Source: Nemertoderma westbladi (lineage: Eukaryota; Animalia; Xenacoelomorpha). Taken from it: a stretch of 36,450 nucleotides of DNA. This document shows positions 1-12,382 of the stretch, in pieces; the first letter of the stretch is position 1, and every line of letters starts with the position of its first letter. The stretch lies in NCBI GenBank assembly GCA_032718475.1, contig JAUCBJ010004981.1:1-36450 (forward strand). The letters are read 5' to 3'. A model generated the notes under the pieces. That model did not search any database, was not told where the DNA came from, and was given only the letters and a program-made list of their open reading frames with translations. The position numbers were made by a program, and so were the translations under genes.

Positions 1-195
1 AAAGTTAGGGAATATGACTGTAGGGTGTGAGATCAAGTTGTTTTAGCATAATAATATTTTAAGATTTCAAAAAGTGACAACTTATATGATCAATCACTAA
101 AAATTTATTTTTTTATTATTAGTGCATTAATTCTAGAATATCGTTTATTTGAAAAAGATAGAGAGAGCTATCGAAAGCTAATAATAAAAAATAAG

Positions 196-590
196 TGTCC
201 CAAACCTATCATCTGATACTGGTTAACTGATTTCTGCAGCTGTTGTTGATGCTTTAGAAGATTGGGGAGTTTCAGATCAGGTTCAGGCAATGTCTTTTAA
301 TACCACTGCTGTTAATACTGGGGGAAACGGTGGAGCATGTGTAATGATTCAGGAGAAGCTTGGCCGTAATCTTCATAATTTAGCTTGCCAACACCATATC
401 CTAGAAATTTTGGTAGAGAAGGTATTTATCGAATGCCTTGGCCCATCTACAGGTCCCAACATACTCCGTTCAAATGGTTTAAGCAACACTGGAGTTATAT
501 TGCTACTGATGAGTTTAATGCAATGGATAATGAGTTTATTCAAAAGGAAATGCCTGTTGATTGGCACACTGATGTTATCAAGTATTTAAC
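196..590 (+). pseudogene. Fragment of a DDE transposase with a CxxH motif (hAT-like, possibly hATm), disrupted
   Basis: Reads VPNLSSDTG*LISAAVVDALEDWGVSDQVQAMSFNTTAVNTG..GAC..IQEKLGRNLHNLACQHHILE, then a frameshift to FKWFKQHW. This resembles the FDTTxxNTG...LACRHH signature; the catalytic D appears changed to N. Cut off on the right by an RTE tail. Confidence 0.7.
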
Positions 591-981
591 TACTACTAGG
601 ATCGGCATGCTGCATTACAGCTGCATTTTTAAGAATGCTGTGCCGGCTTGTCGACAACATTGCGCAGCCACAACTCCCTATCACCCATGACATTTGCTAG
701 ATCATCCGCATTTTCAAGGCCAGTGTCGTTTAAATGCGTCTGAAGAAAGTCATGGGCTGTCCACCATTATTATTCACTCAATGAGGCTGCCAAAGCACAA
801 GATTATGTACTGGCTGGTCCTCACGGTAAAAGCAATGTCCTGCAAAGCGGAGGCGATTTTGTTCTAGTGTCAAGCTTGGGGGAACCAATGAGACTCCTCC
901 AATGTTATATAGTGTCTGGTTGGAGATGTGTGCATTGTACTTGACACAATGAACCCGGCGTAGCATTCTTGTGAATGTGCC
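590..981 (-). mobile_element. 3' end of an RTE-clade LINE (same family as 5255-6293)
   Basis: Reverse complement of about 5907-6293. Encodes MLRRVHCVKYNAHISNQTLY...RLRFAGHC and ends in a short (TAG)n tail at about 590-598. No TSD seen. Confidence 0.9.
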
Positions 982-1088
982 TTGTAAAATTATGCATTAT
1001 ATGCATTCTGTTCTATCTAACTATAACAGCTATTTTTTTCATGTTGCGAATAATAATAATGATAATTATATATGATAATATATTTTAG

Positions 1089-1250
1089 GTGATGGCATAT
1101 GGGGCGAATGGGGAAAATGGGACAACGATGTACAAAGTGAGTGCACCGACAATCAAAACGTAATCGCGAAAAGAACATGTGATACACCACAAAGGCCCAT
1201 GGGAGTGACTTCTTGTATTGGCAGTAACAAACGTTGCGAGGTGGATCCAG
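1089..1250 (+). CDS. Internal exon encoding a thrombospondin type-1 (TSP1/TSR) repeat; upstream exon of the F-type lectin gene
   Basis: ttttag|GT GAT...CCA G|gttag, 162 nt, phase 1-1, open. Translates DGIWGEWGKWDNDVQSECTDNQNVIAKRTCDTPQRPMGVTSCIGSNKRCEVDP, with the WxxWxxW and RxC..P..G..C.G pattern of TSP1. Too short for the ORF track. Confidence 0.85.
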
Positions 1251-2198
1251 GTTAGATTCAATACAGACCTTATTAAATGACCTTCAGTAATACTAATAAT
1301 AAATAAACTGGATTGAAAGTTATGAAGAAGACTGTTACAAACTATGTCAATATAAAACCGAAAATACATCAAATTACAGCTAACACTGTTCTTCAAATAA
1401 CCCCATACCTCATATTATTATAGATAAAATTATTTAATCATTGTGTAGAAACAATCACTAGTACTGTACTCACTGTACTAAGGTCGATGAGAACCACACT
1501 ATTTGGAATAACATATTATTATGCCAAATATTTTGATAACAATTAAACATTTGAATTTATTATGTGCCACACAATGCTAGCACTGTCTATTACTACGAGT
1601 ATTACTATGGCATTTGGTAATCTAAACTTACCAACGGTTGTTCATATCAGATATAGTTCTATTAATAGTTTATTTAAAATAATTGACTCATCTGATAATT
1701 CTATAGTTAGGACTATTCGTAATATGTAAGTAAGAAATACTTACTGCTGCTGAATAGAGTTGCCTCTTAGTGTCTTCAGGTCCTTCTAGGACTGTATATA
1801 TACTGTATTTATATGTAACAAAACATATACAAAAACAATTAAATTTCTGTAACTAAATGTATTAGTTCTAGAACAAAATTTATTTGTAAATATAATACTA
1901 ACATGGACACTCACAAAATAGCTAGCTTCTACCTTTTATGATAGAGCTACTACCTCATAATCATCCATTACGGCCACGAATTTGAACAATTCTTTGGCCA
2001 TTTTTGCGAAATTTTGCAAACTTTATTAATATTATTTATTAATACTTATTATAGGTAGAACTACGGAAACATCAAAATTTCTGGAAGGCCTAAACAAATA
2101 CATGATGGACGTCTAGAATATTATTTTATACCATCCGGACCATGAACATATATATATACACCATACGGACCCCCACCTCCCCCCCCCCCCCCCACCCC

Positions 2199-3000
2199 CC
2201 CAAATTTTTCTACAAATCTTTATCATATTGTTTGAAATTTGAAACACAACTAGTTCAACTCACCGTGGTTGTTACAATGAAGCCGGAATTTTCTATTTCG
2301 CCTTTAAATTTTATTGATAAGCGTTTTAAAAAAGTGTCTTTTGCGAAATCCCACCCTCTGTATCATTGCCATTCTTCACTTTAGTCGTAATTTTTTCACA
2401 TCAATAATAGAAAGCTTGCGTTGAAAGGATTCCAAATATGTAGCAATATCTGAATTTCGTTGAGAAACAGCTGAGAAATAGGCATTCAAAGATTGCAAGA
2501 ATTATTGTTCACTGCAGGCCATTTATTCCTTTTAATAAATACACAATATTCTAGAACGTGTTATTTATTTTATGAGTTGGTATACAACAGCGGTATGCCT
2601 ATACAATATCTATATTGCCTTGCTAATCATACATAAACAAATTGTTCCAGAATATTGTGTATTTATTAAATAGAATAAATGGCCTGCAGTGAACAATAAT
2701 TCTTGCAATCTTTGAATGCCTATTTCTCAGCTGTTTCTCAACGAAATTCAGACATTGTTACATATTTGGAATCCTTGCAACGCAAGCGTTCTATTGATGT
2801 GAAGAAATTACGACTAAAGTGAAGAATGGCAATGATACAGAGGGTGCGATTTCGCAAAAGACACTTTTTTAAAACGCTTATAAATAAAATTTAAAGGTAA
2901 AATCGAAAATTCCGGCTTCATGGTAACAACCACGGTGAGTTGAACTAATTGTGTTTCAAATTTCAAACAATATGATAAAGATTTGTAGAAAAATTTTGGG
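2199..3000. repeat. Long inverted repeat (foldback): arms about 2199-2557 and 2644-3000, 86-bp spacer
   Basis: The arms are reverse complements, >90% identical by eye. This is why ORFs 2142..2384(+) and 2814..3062(-) translate almost identically. Probably derived from a non-autonomous DNA transposon. Confidence 0.9.
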
Positions 3001-3185
3001 TTGGGGTCCGTGTCATCAGAAAATGACACTATATTACGGGTCATGGTGTATATAAATAGCATTCAATAATTCTGCGAAAAATATTAATACTAATAATGTC
3101 ATAGTGATATATACTATAGAACATGTTAGCTATTTTAATACTACTTCAAATAATATTATAATATTCAAATAATAATTTTAATGCT

Positions 3186-5254
3186 ACTTCAAATAGTTCT
3201 GTGTCACCTTCAACAGTAGGCACAAATGTTGTCGAACCATTGCATACTGATCTGATTGCTGCAATAATTTCATCAGGAATCCCGTATAATGAAAGTATGC
3301 TGAACATATGTGAGCGAGAGACTGAATCAAAGGCCTTGAAGAAGTCAACAAAGATAACAGCCAGATTTCTGTCTTTCTTTTTTGAGAACTCTTCAATTAT
3401 CCTTCTAAGTGCCAAAATGGGCTCCATGGTGCCACGACCTTTACGGAACCCATTCTGATTTCCATGGGACAGTCTCTCATAAAATTCTATTGTATAGCTT
3501 TGCAGCAATCGAGATCAATGAAATTCGCCGAAAAGAACCATAGAGTGTTAGGTTGCCCTTCTTGGGAACTGGCACCAACTTATTTGTTTTCATTTCTTGT
3601 GGGACTCTTGTTGTTCGGTACATGTCTACTATGATGGGATAGATGAGCTTTAAACACTCAGGTATTTTAAAGACCTCAGGGGGAACACCATCTACTCCAC
3701 TGGCACGATTGGTCTTAATGCTCTTTGCAGCAGCCTTCACTTCTGCAAAGGAGATATCGCCAATGGGAATGTCTGGGAGTACAGACTCAGACACTTTTAC
3801 TTCTATAAAGTTATCAGGCAATACCCTGTCATTATTGAGGAGTTTTTCAAAGTGGGCTTTCCAACCATTGAGGCGATCGGCTGGTGAATCAGCCTTAACC
3901 TTGGTGGTTGGTTGGCTTTTCCGCCCAGTAAGCAGATTGATCGATTTCCATGCCTGGGATGATTGCCTGCTGTCGTCAGCATCATTGATGGCATCAACCT
4001 GTTGGTTTATTAGCTCCTGTAGATTAGCAGAGTACTGCCTGTTCAGGGACCTAGATGCAGCCTTAACTGCATTCTTGGCCGCTGTAGTCTGTTTGAGTCG
4101 GGACTCTTTCTGCGCCTTATGGAGGTCATTTCGGCACTTCTGAATTTTGTTGTCAGTCCAGGGGGCCCTTTTCCTCTTTCGAGGGTATACAGGAACTGTT
4201 TCTGCAGCTGCTAACTTAACTGCTTCTGTGAAGGCAGTATAGCCCTCACAGTGATCTGCCGCCTCAGAGGCAAGAGCATCATACCTGTTGCTCAGCTGTA
4301 GTGTGAAACTGGATCTCACACTTGGCTGTTGCAACAGAGAGGACCAGTCATGCCGCGGCAAGGCAGATTTCGTTGTTCTGCTAGCACGCAGACTAAGTCT
4401 TACCTTAGCCACAATAAATACGGTGGTGATCACTGGAGAAGGGTCGAAGTGCATTCCAGTCTTGTATAGAGCTCCTGTATTTCTGGTAAAACAGAATATG
4501 GTCTATCTGGGACTTGTGACCACTGGGTCCACTATGAGTCCATAGCTTTCCAGTTCGCTTCTTGAACTGGATTCCACCCGAAAACAATCCATTTCCAGAG
4601 ATGAAATCCTGAAGATGGACGGAATTTCGGTTAACACTATTGCTATAGACCCAGGGTGATATAGGTGATTGATGCAGACTTGCATTAAAGTCTCCCAGGA
4701 ATGCTAAGAATGCATGCTGATCCACTCCATCAGTGGCTGCTTGTAGATTGTGGTAGAAATGTTCCACCTTCTCTACAGGGGCAACACTAGTTGGAGAGTA
4801 GCACACAATCAGAACCACCTTAGGAAACTTCTTAGCCAGTCTTCCAGAACATGAGAGGTGGCAACGGATGATGCAGTTAGAGATTTGGTCTATTTTGTCC
4901 AATGCTGCATGTGCAGTTGGATTCATCAATAGACCAATTACACCATTGCCACAATCATCTGCTGATGGGAGGGCGAGTCCCCAACCACCCCCCATGTCCT
5001 TAATCAGAACCTCATCAATCTGTCCAGTCTGCATTCGATGTTCCTGAATACTCACTGTGCTAAGAGAAAGCTTAGGGTCTATAGGTCATGGCCTACAACT
5101 ATAATCGGCCTGCAGCATTGAAACTGCGCTTGAGATGCTACGTATTTGTGGGTCCTCACCTGGGTTGTAGCCAAGGAGCCACCCAAGCATATCGACTGGA
5201 ATCTGGGCTAGCAGAGGCAGAGAACAGATCCTTAGGGTTGTAGTGTTTCTCTCC
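3186..5254 (-). mobile_element. RTE-clade LINE, 5' half (APE endonuclease plus N-terminal RT), frameshifted, 3' part missing
   Basis: SIQEHR, CYSPT, LGDFNA, SQIDHIL and SDH (APE). Then GVDGVPPE, VPVPKKGNL..RRISLIS, QNGFRKGRGT and FVDFFKAFDSV (RT). Homology stops at ..GDTELFEV (3186). 5056-5254 is inferred to be its 5' region. Confidence 0.88.
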
Positions 5255-6293
5255 AGTACGATGGTTCGACAACATTTGTGTCTACTGTTGACGGTGACAC
5301 AGAACCATTTGAAGTGTTATGGGGCGTCCTCCAAGGAGACACACTTGCACCATTCTTGTTCATTATTGTGGTTGACTATGTTCTACGCATGTCCTTAGAT
5401 CATCATAATGATGATGGGGTGATGATAACTCCACCTACTGGCTCCAGAAGTTGATGAAATCTTGCCAAGTACCTAACTGATCTAGACTTTGCTGATGACT
5501 TAGGAGTACTCTCAGAATCATTAGAGGGAGCCCAACGGCTCCTCGGCTCATTATAACATGCTGCTTCTAGTGTTGGTCTTTTTATTAACTCCAGAAAGAC
5601 CAAAATTTTGACAGTTAACTTTGAAAGTCCTCAGCAAGTCTCTGATCGGATGAGCATAAGCTCAAAGGATGGTATGCTTGAGCATGTGGACGACTTCTGT
5701 TACCTGGGATCATGGATCCAGAAGTCAGGTGAGTAATATGTAAGGGAAAGGCATGGGCAGCCTTAAAGAGGCTTTCCAGGATTTGGAAGTCACCGAGAAT
5801 TAATCGGAAACTTAAGGTCCGATTATTTAGAGCAGCAGTAGTTCCAGTACTCCTCTACGGGAGTCCATGCTGGGCTCTAACTGCTGAGGACACCAAATCT
5901 CTGGATGGCACATTCACAAGAATGCTACGCCGGGTTCATTGTGTCAAGTACAATGCACACATCTCCAACCAGACACTATATAACATTGGAGGTGTCTCAT
6001 TGGTTCCCTCAAGCTTGACACTAGAACAAAATCGCCTCCGCTTTGTAGGACATTGCTTTCACCATGAGGACCAGCCAGTGCATAATCTTGTACTTTGGCA
6101 GCCTCATGGTGTGAATAAGCATGGTGGACAGCCCATGACTTTCTTGAGACGCATCTTTAAGGACACTGGCCTTGAAGATGTGGATGATCTAGCAAATGTT
6201 ATGGGTGATAGGGAGTTGTGGCGGTGCAATTTTGTTGACCGGCACAGCATTCTTAAAAATGCAGCTGCAATGCAGCATGCCGATCCTAGTAGT
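5255..6293 (+). mobile_element. 5'-truncated RTE-clade LINE (C-terminal RT to 3' tail) with target-site duplication
   Basis: GVLQGDTLAPFLF, DLDFADD, GLFINSRKTK, DFCYLGS and RLRFVGHC, with stops and frameshifts. Ends in a TAGTAGTA tail. Flanked by the direct repeat TTTCTCTCC at 5246-5254 and 6296-6304. Confidence 0.9.
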
Positions 6294-6680
6294 AATTTCT
6301 CTCCCTGGAACATTGGAATTATGTGGAAGATCTGAGTATCTGCTGTATCAGTGTCAGTTGGTATTGTTTATTGTTTTGGTTAAAAAAAACCGATACTGTA
6401 ATCTGCTCCTTTCCCTTAAGTTAAATTAAATGAAGTTTTTAAAGCCACAAAACACATATTTGGTGAATTGCGCCATTAACTTCTCGAGGTACATCACAGG
6501 TTAGTTTTTGAAGCCTGTGTTTCGCTAATTACTACAGTATGATAACCTCTGAACAATTATTATCATAAAACAAGTTAGATGACTATATCACAATCAATAA
6601 ATTAATTGAATTATTATTAAATTATTGTTTCTTATGATTAATTTCATATGATAATATAATTATTTATTTTAAATATTCAG

Positions 6681-6922
6681 GAAACATAGCCAGAGGAAAA
6701 CCAACAGGTCAAAGTAGTATATATACCCAATCGATACAGGTAAACCCATCAATGGCAGTCGATGGTAATACTAATGGTGATTGGGCGGCTGGCTCCTGTA
6801 CCGGTACAAACATCAATGCAGCAGAATGGTGGTGGGTTGATCTACAGGCGAATGTTGCTGTGGGACAGGTTCATTTCTACAATAGAGTTGATTGCTGCTG
6901 GGCGCGATCAGCTGGAGCCAGG
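6681..6922 (+). CDS. Exon encoding the N-terminal half of an F-type lectin (fucolectin/tachylectin-4-like) domain
   Basis: ttcag|GA AAC...AGG|gtatga, 242 nt, phase 1-0; joins the 1089-1250 exon in frame. Translates GNIARGKPTGQSSIY..SMAVDGNTNGDWAAGSCTGTNINAAEWWWVDLQ..VHFYNRVDCCWARSAGAR, with the NxAxGK, AVDGN, WWxVDL and NRxDCC motifs. Confidence 0.93.
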
Positions 6923-8399
6923 GTATGATACTGAACCAGGGTATTCTAAACAACAGCCCTGGCAACCTACTAGAACAGTAGTGTTTACCGTAATGCAGTA
7001 CTATGCATTTTTAATGTTCATTCTTAAATAATAATAATGATAGTTTGATAAAATGTAGGTTAGATAGTTGCTGCTTAATTATCCGACACTTCCCTGGAAG
7101 TATCACCAAACAGGCATAAATAATTTAATCCCACCTGTTGTTGATTGGCTGACTGGCAGCTCATGCTCAGCCATGTATCATTTACTAGGCTGTTCATGGC
7201 GGTCTTCTTAATCATGTACGGTATAATTATTGTTTATGGTTGTCTGGTCTAATCACTGAAACATTGGCATACTTATTAGCCATTTGTGGTGGTCCCTAAC
7301 GTGCTACGTGAAGACCACTGCTTCAGTTTTTACTGTATGCTGTTAAAATTCTATATACTGTGTACAAATACTGCTATATTGTAAAAGGCGGGAAATTCAA
7401 ACAACAGCTGTACCGTTACTTTTGTTCATTGTGTCTTACTTATCTGTATATATAGAATAAAGGTTTTTGCATTCAGATTATTTCAGTTCAGCATTCACAC
7501 TGTCGTATCCTAACCCTCAGGTACTGATCCATTACACATTACACTAATTAATTAGCCTAATATTGTATTTACCCAGTAGAGTATATTAAGACCAAGGTGC
7601 ACATAGCTGGAAAGCTATAAACAATATTATAATAATGTACATTGTTTACTGCAGTTGAAAATACACCTGTCATTCTAGGCTTCCAGTTTTCTCTAGCACT
7701 CCTGCGAACATTAAGTTTTCTAGGCCTACATGTGTAAAATATTTTTGTAATTAATTTCATATGTTATTTGTAGATATTTATTTTACTACTACAGTTACTA
7801 CTACTTGGCATCTCACTGCTAATTAAGGTTCACCCAGGCAGAGTTGGATAGTTCTGAAAGAGGACAATTATCGAAAGCTAACAAAAGCTACTGAAAGTAA
7901 TGCGAAAATTATCGAAAAGGTTAAAGCAGGGGCGAAAGCTATCCATCTACTGATAGGGGTCACATTTTGCACTTTCAAACTTCAGACATTCATAAACAAA
8001 TAAGATATGGGCTCTAATTCAAATATTTGCCGTTTAATTTGAAATAAACCTTTGCGAAACATACTACATTCACCGATGCAGTACACCAGTAAGGATTGTT
8101 GTAATACAATGCTAGACTAGGCTACTGCAGTAGCAGTACTGGGGCCCTCCCTACTCATGTACTCTGCTACCATCAGATTCAGTCCGGTTACTGTCTGACC
8201 GCATGGCGGCGCATTACTGCATTACAGCATTAAGGACTGAAGGATGGCTTACAGTACAAACTGAGTACTGGTAAATTTTCCACCAATACTTAGTTATTGC
8301 CATGGTGGAAATTCCAGACGAGGTAGGACTGCAATATATGTGAGCGATTCTTTGAAAGTATCTGAATGTCCTGAGTTCCAGATTGTGGGACTCAAGAAC

Positions 8400-10940
8400 T
8401 CAAAATGGGTTAAAATTTCCAGATCGGGATCCAAGTCCATTATTATTGGCTCAATTTACCGCACAGATGCTGTATCTCCAACCGATTACTTAACCCTATA
8501 TAACGCTACGCTCAACAGACTTACTGAAATAAACACAATAATTACTGGTGATATAAATATACAGAAGTATACCGAAGGAAAATAGATACTATAGCAAATA
8601 CAGAAGGATTATACTAATTTACTGAACTCCTTTGGATATATAAAAATTCTAAACCATCCAACTCGCGTTGATCCTAAGTTGATTTCTGCAACTCTTCTAG
8701 ACCACATAATTACAAACATTACTACTGCAGTTTCGAATGCTTTCAATTGCAAAATAGGTAACTGCGATCACCACTCGACTTTCATCATCCTTCAAAAATT
8801 TATTGTGTTTATAACAATCCAAAACCTCGAACATCTTATGACTTTTCAAAATTCGATGCTAAACGCTTTCTTCGGAATATTAATTCAACGTCCAATTGGA
8901 CTTACATGGACGAATCAATTCCTTTGCATTTAAAATTTGACCACTTTTACAAAGACTTTACGAAAATATGTACTGACAATTTACCTACTAAAATTTATAA
9001 CCACAAAAATCGACCGATTAAACCTTGGATTAGTGACAGCTTACTCAAATCCATTCACACAAAGGACAAACAAACTGTTCCTTCTAAAAAATAAAACCGA
9101 AACCAATCACTAATTGTTCACCTTTTACCGTAACTGACTAACATCAACTCTGAGAGCAGCTGAAAAAAATATTTTTTTTCAACAATTTGACAATAACTCA
9201 AACAATATTCGCAAAACATGGTTTATCATCAATTCTGTTTTACAAAAATGTTCATCGAGATCATCTCCAAAAAAACTAGTCATTAAAACTGATTCGGACA
9301 CAAAAATTATATCTGATCCTCGGGAGATCACTGATGCCTTTAATTCATATTTTGCAACAGTAGGTTCTAAACTGCAGAATACTTTACCTACCAGAAAGGA
9401 AACTTCACTGGTTGAACTACAGTATAGAATTCTTCACCTTAAATTAAATTCCAGTTCCAATGATCCTTTTCCTCCTAAACTCACTACAATAGCAGCTGAA
9501 CAGCTTTCTCCCCATTTATGTTACTTATTTAATATTTCAATCTCTGCTGGCTTCTTTCCCAACTCCTTAAAAATTACCAAAGTTATTCCTCGTTTCAAAT
9601 CGGATGACCCTTCTGACGCCAACAATTACCGTCCCATATCTCTCCTTCCCATTTTCAGCAAAATTCTAGAACAAATTTTAGACGAACAATTACAGTCTTA
9701 CCTTTACAAATACAACCTAATCACTAGCTCTCAATACGGCTTCCATCCCAAAACTTCCACTTCGCATGCGATAAAATTTCAATATGATTTCAATTGATTT
9801 CAATATGCGAAAAAATTTACACTATGCTCGACTCCTATCAGACAACTTGTGCAGCTTATATTGACCTTAAGAAGGCCTTCGACACTGTAGACCACAAGAT
9901 CCTTATAAAGAAACTTGATCCCTATGGTGTTAGAGGTATTCCTCTTAAACTAATTTCGAATTTTCTATCCAATCGGAACCAATTTGTTTCAATTGACGGC
10001 ATTAACTCTACTTTATTACCGATATCATGTGGTGTACCACAAGGATCTTGTCTCGCCCAAACACTCTTCCCCATATTTCCCCACCTTACTTAGCACACTT
10101 TTTGTCGACGACACAACTCCACTCAACTCCCATTCAAACATTGACCTCCTAGTCTCTACCACAAACAACGAACTTTCAAAACTCAATGACTGGCTAACTG
10201 ATAACAGACTACTCCTTAATTAAAAAAAACACGAATACACCATTTTTTCCAATATTACCACTACAAACAAAATCAACCATCCAATTAAAATCAATGATAC
10301 CGAAATTAAACAAACCGCACAAAATTATAACATACATAATATATAATAGACACAAAATAATACAAAATTACTGGGTATTTGGTTAGATGATAATATGCAA
10401 TGAAAACACATACTAAATACGTACTTAAGAAAATTATAAATCTACCAGTATCTTTTATAAACTTCAGCATATCTTTCCTTTTAACATCCTCCGAACTCTA
10501 CATTTTACACTAATTCATCTTTACAACAAGTACGGTATAATACTATGGGGTAGTTCCAACTCTTCTTTACTTAAACCACTGCGCACTTAAGTTAACAAAC
10601 TAATTCCTTGTATTACCTTTTGCTTTTCACACTACCGGGCTTCCTCATTACCCATATACAAACAACTTAAAATTCTACCACTCAATAAACTCTACGAACT
10701 TTCCATTGCTACTTTTATTCACAATATTCACTCAAAATTTATAAGTACCACTTCATTACTTAGTAAACTTTTCCAGAAATGATCCACAATTGACAACTAT
10801 TACACTCGCTCCTCCGCCCGTAGTGATTTTACCATTCCACTTTTTCACCTCGCTTCTTCTCAACGTTCCGTGAATTTTCGAGGGCCAAATAATCTGGAAC
10901 TCGGTGCCCCTCGAGATACGAACCAAAAAAAGTCATCCTT
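8400..10940 (+). mobile_element. Degenerate, 5'-truncated CR1/L2-group LINE ORF2 (APE plus RT)
   Basis: Motifs across frames: IIIGSIYR, ITGDINI, PTRV..SATLLDHIITN, KPWISDSLLKSI, NYRPISLLPIFSKILE, QYGF, IDLKKAFDTVDH, YGVRG, GVPQGS and LFVDDT. Many frameshifts; boundaries approximate. Confidence 0.88.
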
Positions 10941-11085
10941 CATTCATAGCAGCATTTAATTTGAATTTAAATTTTGAATTGAATTTTAAGACTATGACTT
11001 TTCAACAAATTTATAGAAAAATGATCATCCTCAACATCATTAACCAACAATCAAAATAGTATTCGTGAAGCAATCCACCAGCACC

Positions 11086-12303
11086 TGTAAAAGCTTTTGT
11101 GGGATAACTGATTCGTTTGCCTTGTTGGCCAGTTCCCCCCCGGTCGCTAGAATACTCTAAAGGGGATCTATAGTTAAAATAGTGCAAGCTACCAGCTTAT
11201 TGGCTGATTTGCTGTACGCAGGTATCTGGGCTCTGTTTAATCGGCCAACCAGCCTAAGAAGGTTGCGTCATAGCCTTGTTTTGTATCTCCCAATAGAATT
11301 TGAGTTAGCCTTGATTTTGACCTATCACAGAGCTACTGAACTGAAATTTTCCTATCTCACTGCTCTTTCTCTGTGTTGAACGGGAGCTTCGTGGAATAAG
11401 GGTAGTTGGTATCCTCGTATAGAGCAGTAGTCACGAGTTTTTCAAAGCCACGAAAGAACGGCTTTGTAGTGTTTTGTGCTTTCTGCTTTTTAGCTCAACA
11501 CTAGTAGGTTTAATTATAAGGACATATATCCTTTAACTCATGGAAACTCATGGAATCACTGATCTGTGAATACTGCTGACACACGGCTTTTAATAACTGC
11601 TGAAACTGCTAAAAATTACCTGCTCAATCAATACTGTATACTGCTATTTGTTGTCGGTTATTCATTATATTTGTTGATGAATTATTATATTGGAATAACG
11701 AGAAATAACCCCGACACCCAATATTCTTGATATACCGAAGGTAAGAGAGAAAGGTTACCAATAACGATTGTGACTTATGTTAAAGTGGTTTGAAGTGAAT
11801 CTAATGTTATTTGATAGACCCTACATGAGTCAGTCTGTGTTCCTTTTATATGTGACTAAAATCAGTGAAGATTGGCAGATTAGTGTGCAGTATTGTGCAG
11901 CATTGTGTATGAGTGAGTCTGTTAAAGAAGCATTTCCTAAAGAATGCGCTATATATGTGAATTATAATTAAGCCATATCGTTGTGAGTAGTTTAAGTCAT
12001 AACTCTGTTTATATAGATAAAGCGCCACGTCCTAAAGGAACTGTTAATATTCCCGAAGGTGAATAATATTGTCAGAGATTATATAATACTGTCAGTCGAA
12101 TAATACATTAGGCTTACATAGCAATAAAATTAAACCGTCGAACCCAATCTCCCGGGAATATCCAGCGGGTGAATGATCGCGCACAGATTGGTTTCGACTA
12201 GTGTAGTGAATCAAATACTTCTCATAGGCTAAAAAGCGATTTAATATCTAGAAGACATCTTAATTTGGCGGGTTAAACTGCCAAAGGTCTGAAAGCGCGA
12301 ACA
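11086..12303 (+). repeat. 5' LTR
   Basis: TGTAAAAGC...GCGCGAACA; direct repeat of 21537-22754. I found only two substitutions by eye (about 11243 G/A and 12221 C/G). AATAAA at 12123-12128. Confidence 0.97.
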
Positions 12304-12315
12304 TTAAAGGATATA
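12304..12315 (+). promoter_or_regulatory. Primer-binding-site position; non-tRNA sequence complementary to the element's own LTR
   Basis: TTAAAGGATATA directly follows the LTR-terminal CA and has no TGG. It is the exact reverse complement of TATATCCTTTAA at 11525-11536 and 21976-21987. Confidence 0.6.
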
Positions 12316-12382
12316 GCTTCTTTATTGCAGTAAGCAATAAAGTTGAAAGTACCGGTCAACCGGTAAACCTGAAAGGTACATC

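Noticed and set aside
5056-5254. HDV-like ribozyme in the RTE 5' region
   Set aside because: Known in some RTEs, but I could not build P1/P1.1/P2 on the sense (minus) strand.
3186-6293. Single RTE insertion with a twin-priming 5' inversion
   Set aside because: The geometry fits, but there is no TSD around the whole unit, while the plus-strand part has its own TSD (TTTCTCTCC).
6915-6950. Duplicated donor-like CCAGGGTAT downstream of the lectin exon as an alternative splice site
   Set aside because: Using it would include the in-frame TGA right after the true donor, so it gives no productive isoform.
7054-7543. Possible solo LTR (TGTA...AATAAA...CATTACA)
   Set aside because: The 3' end looks LTR-like, but there is no matching TSD and no second copy in the window.
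11182-12028. Short ORFs in the LTRs (repeated at 21633-22479), and ORFs 22914..23132 and 30032..30304
   Set aside because: 60-90 aa with no motifs; they recur only because the DNA is duplicated.
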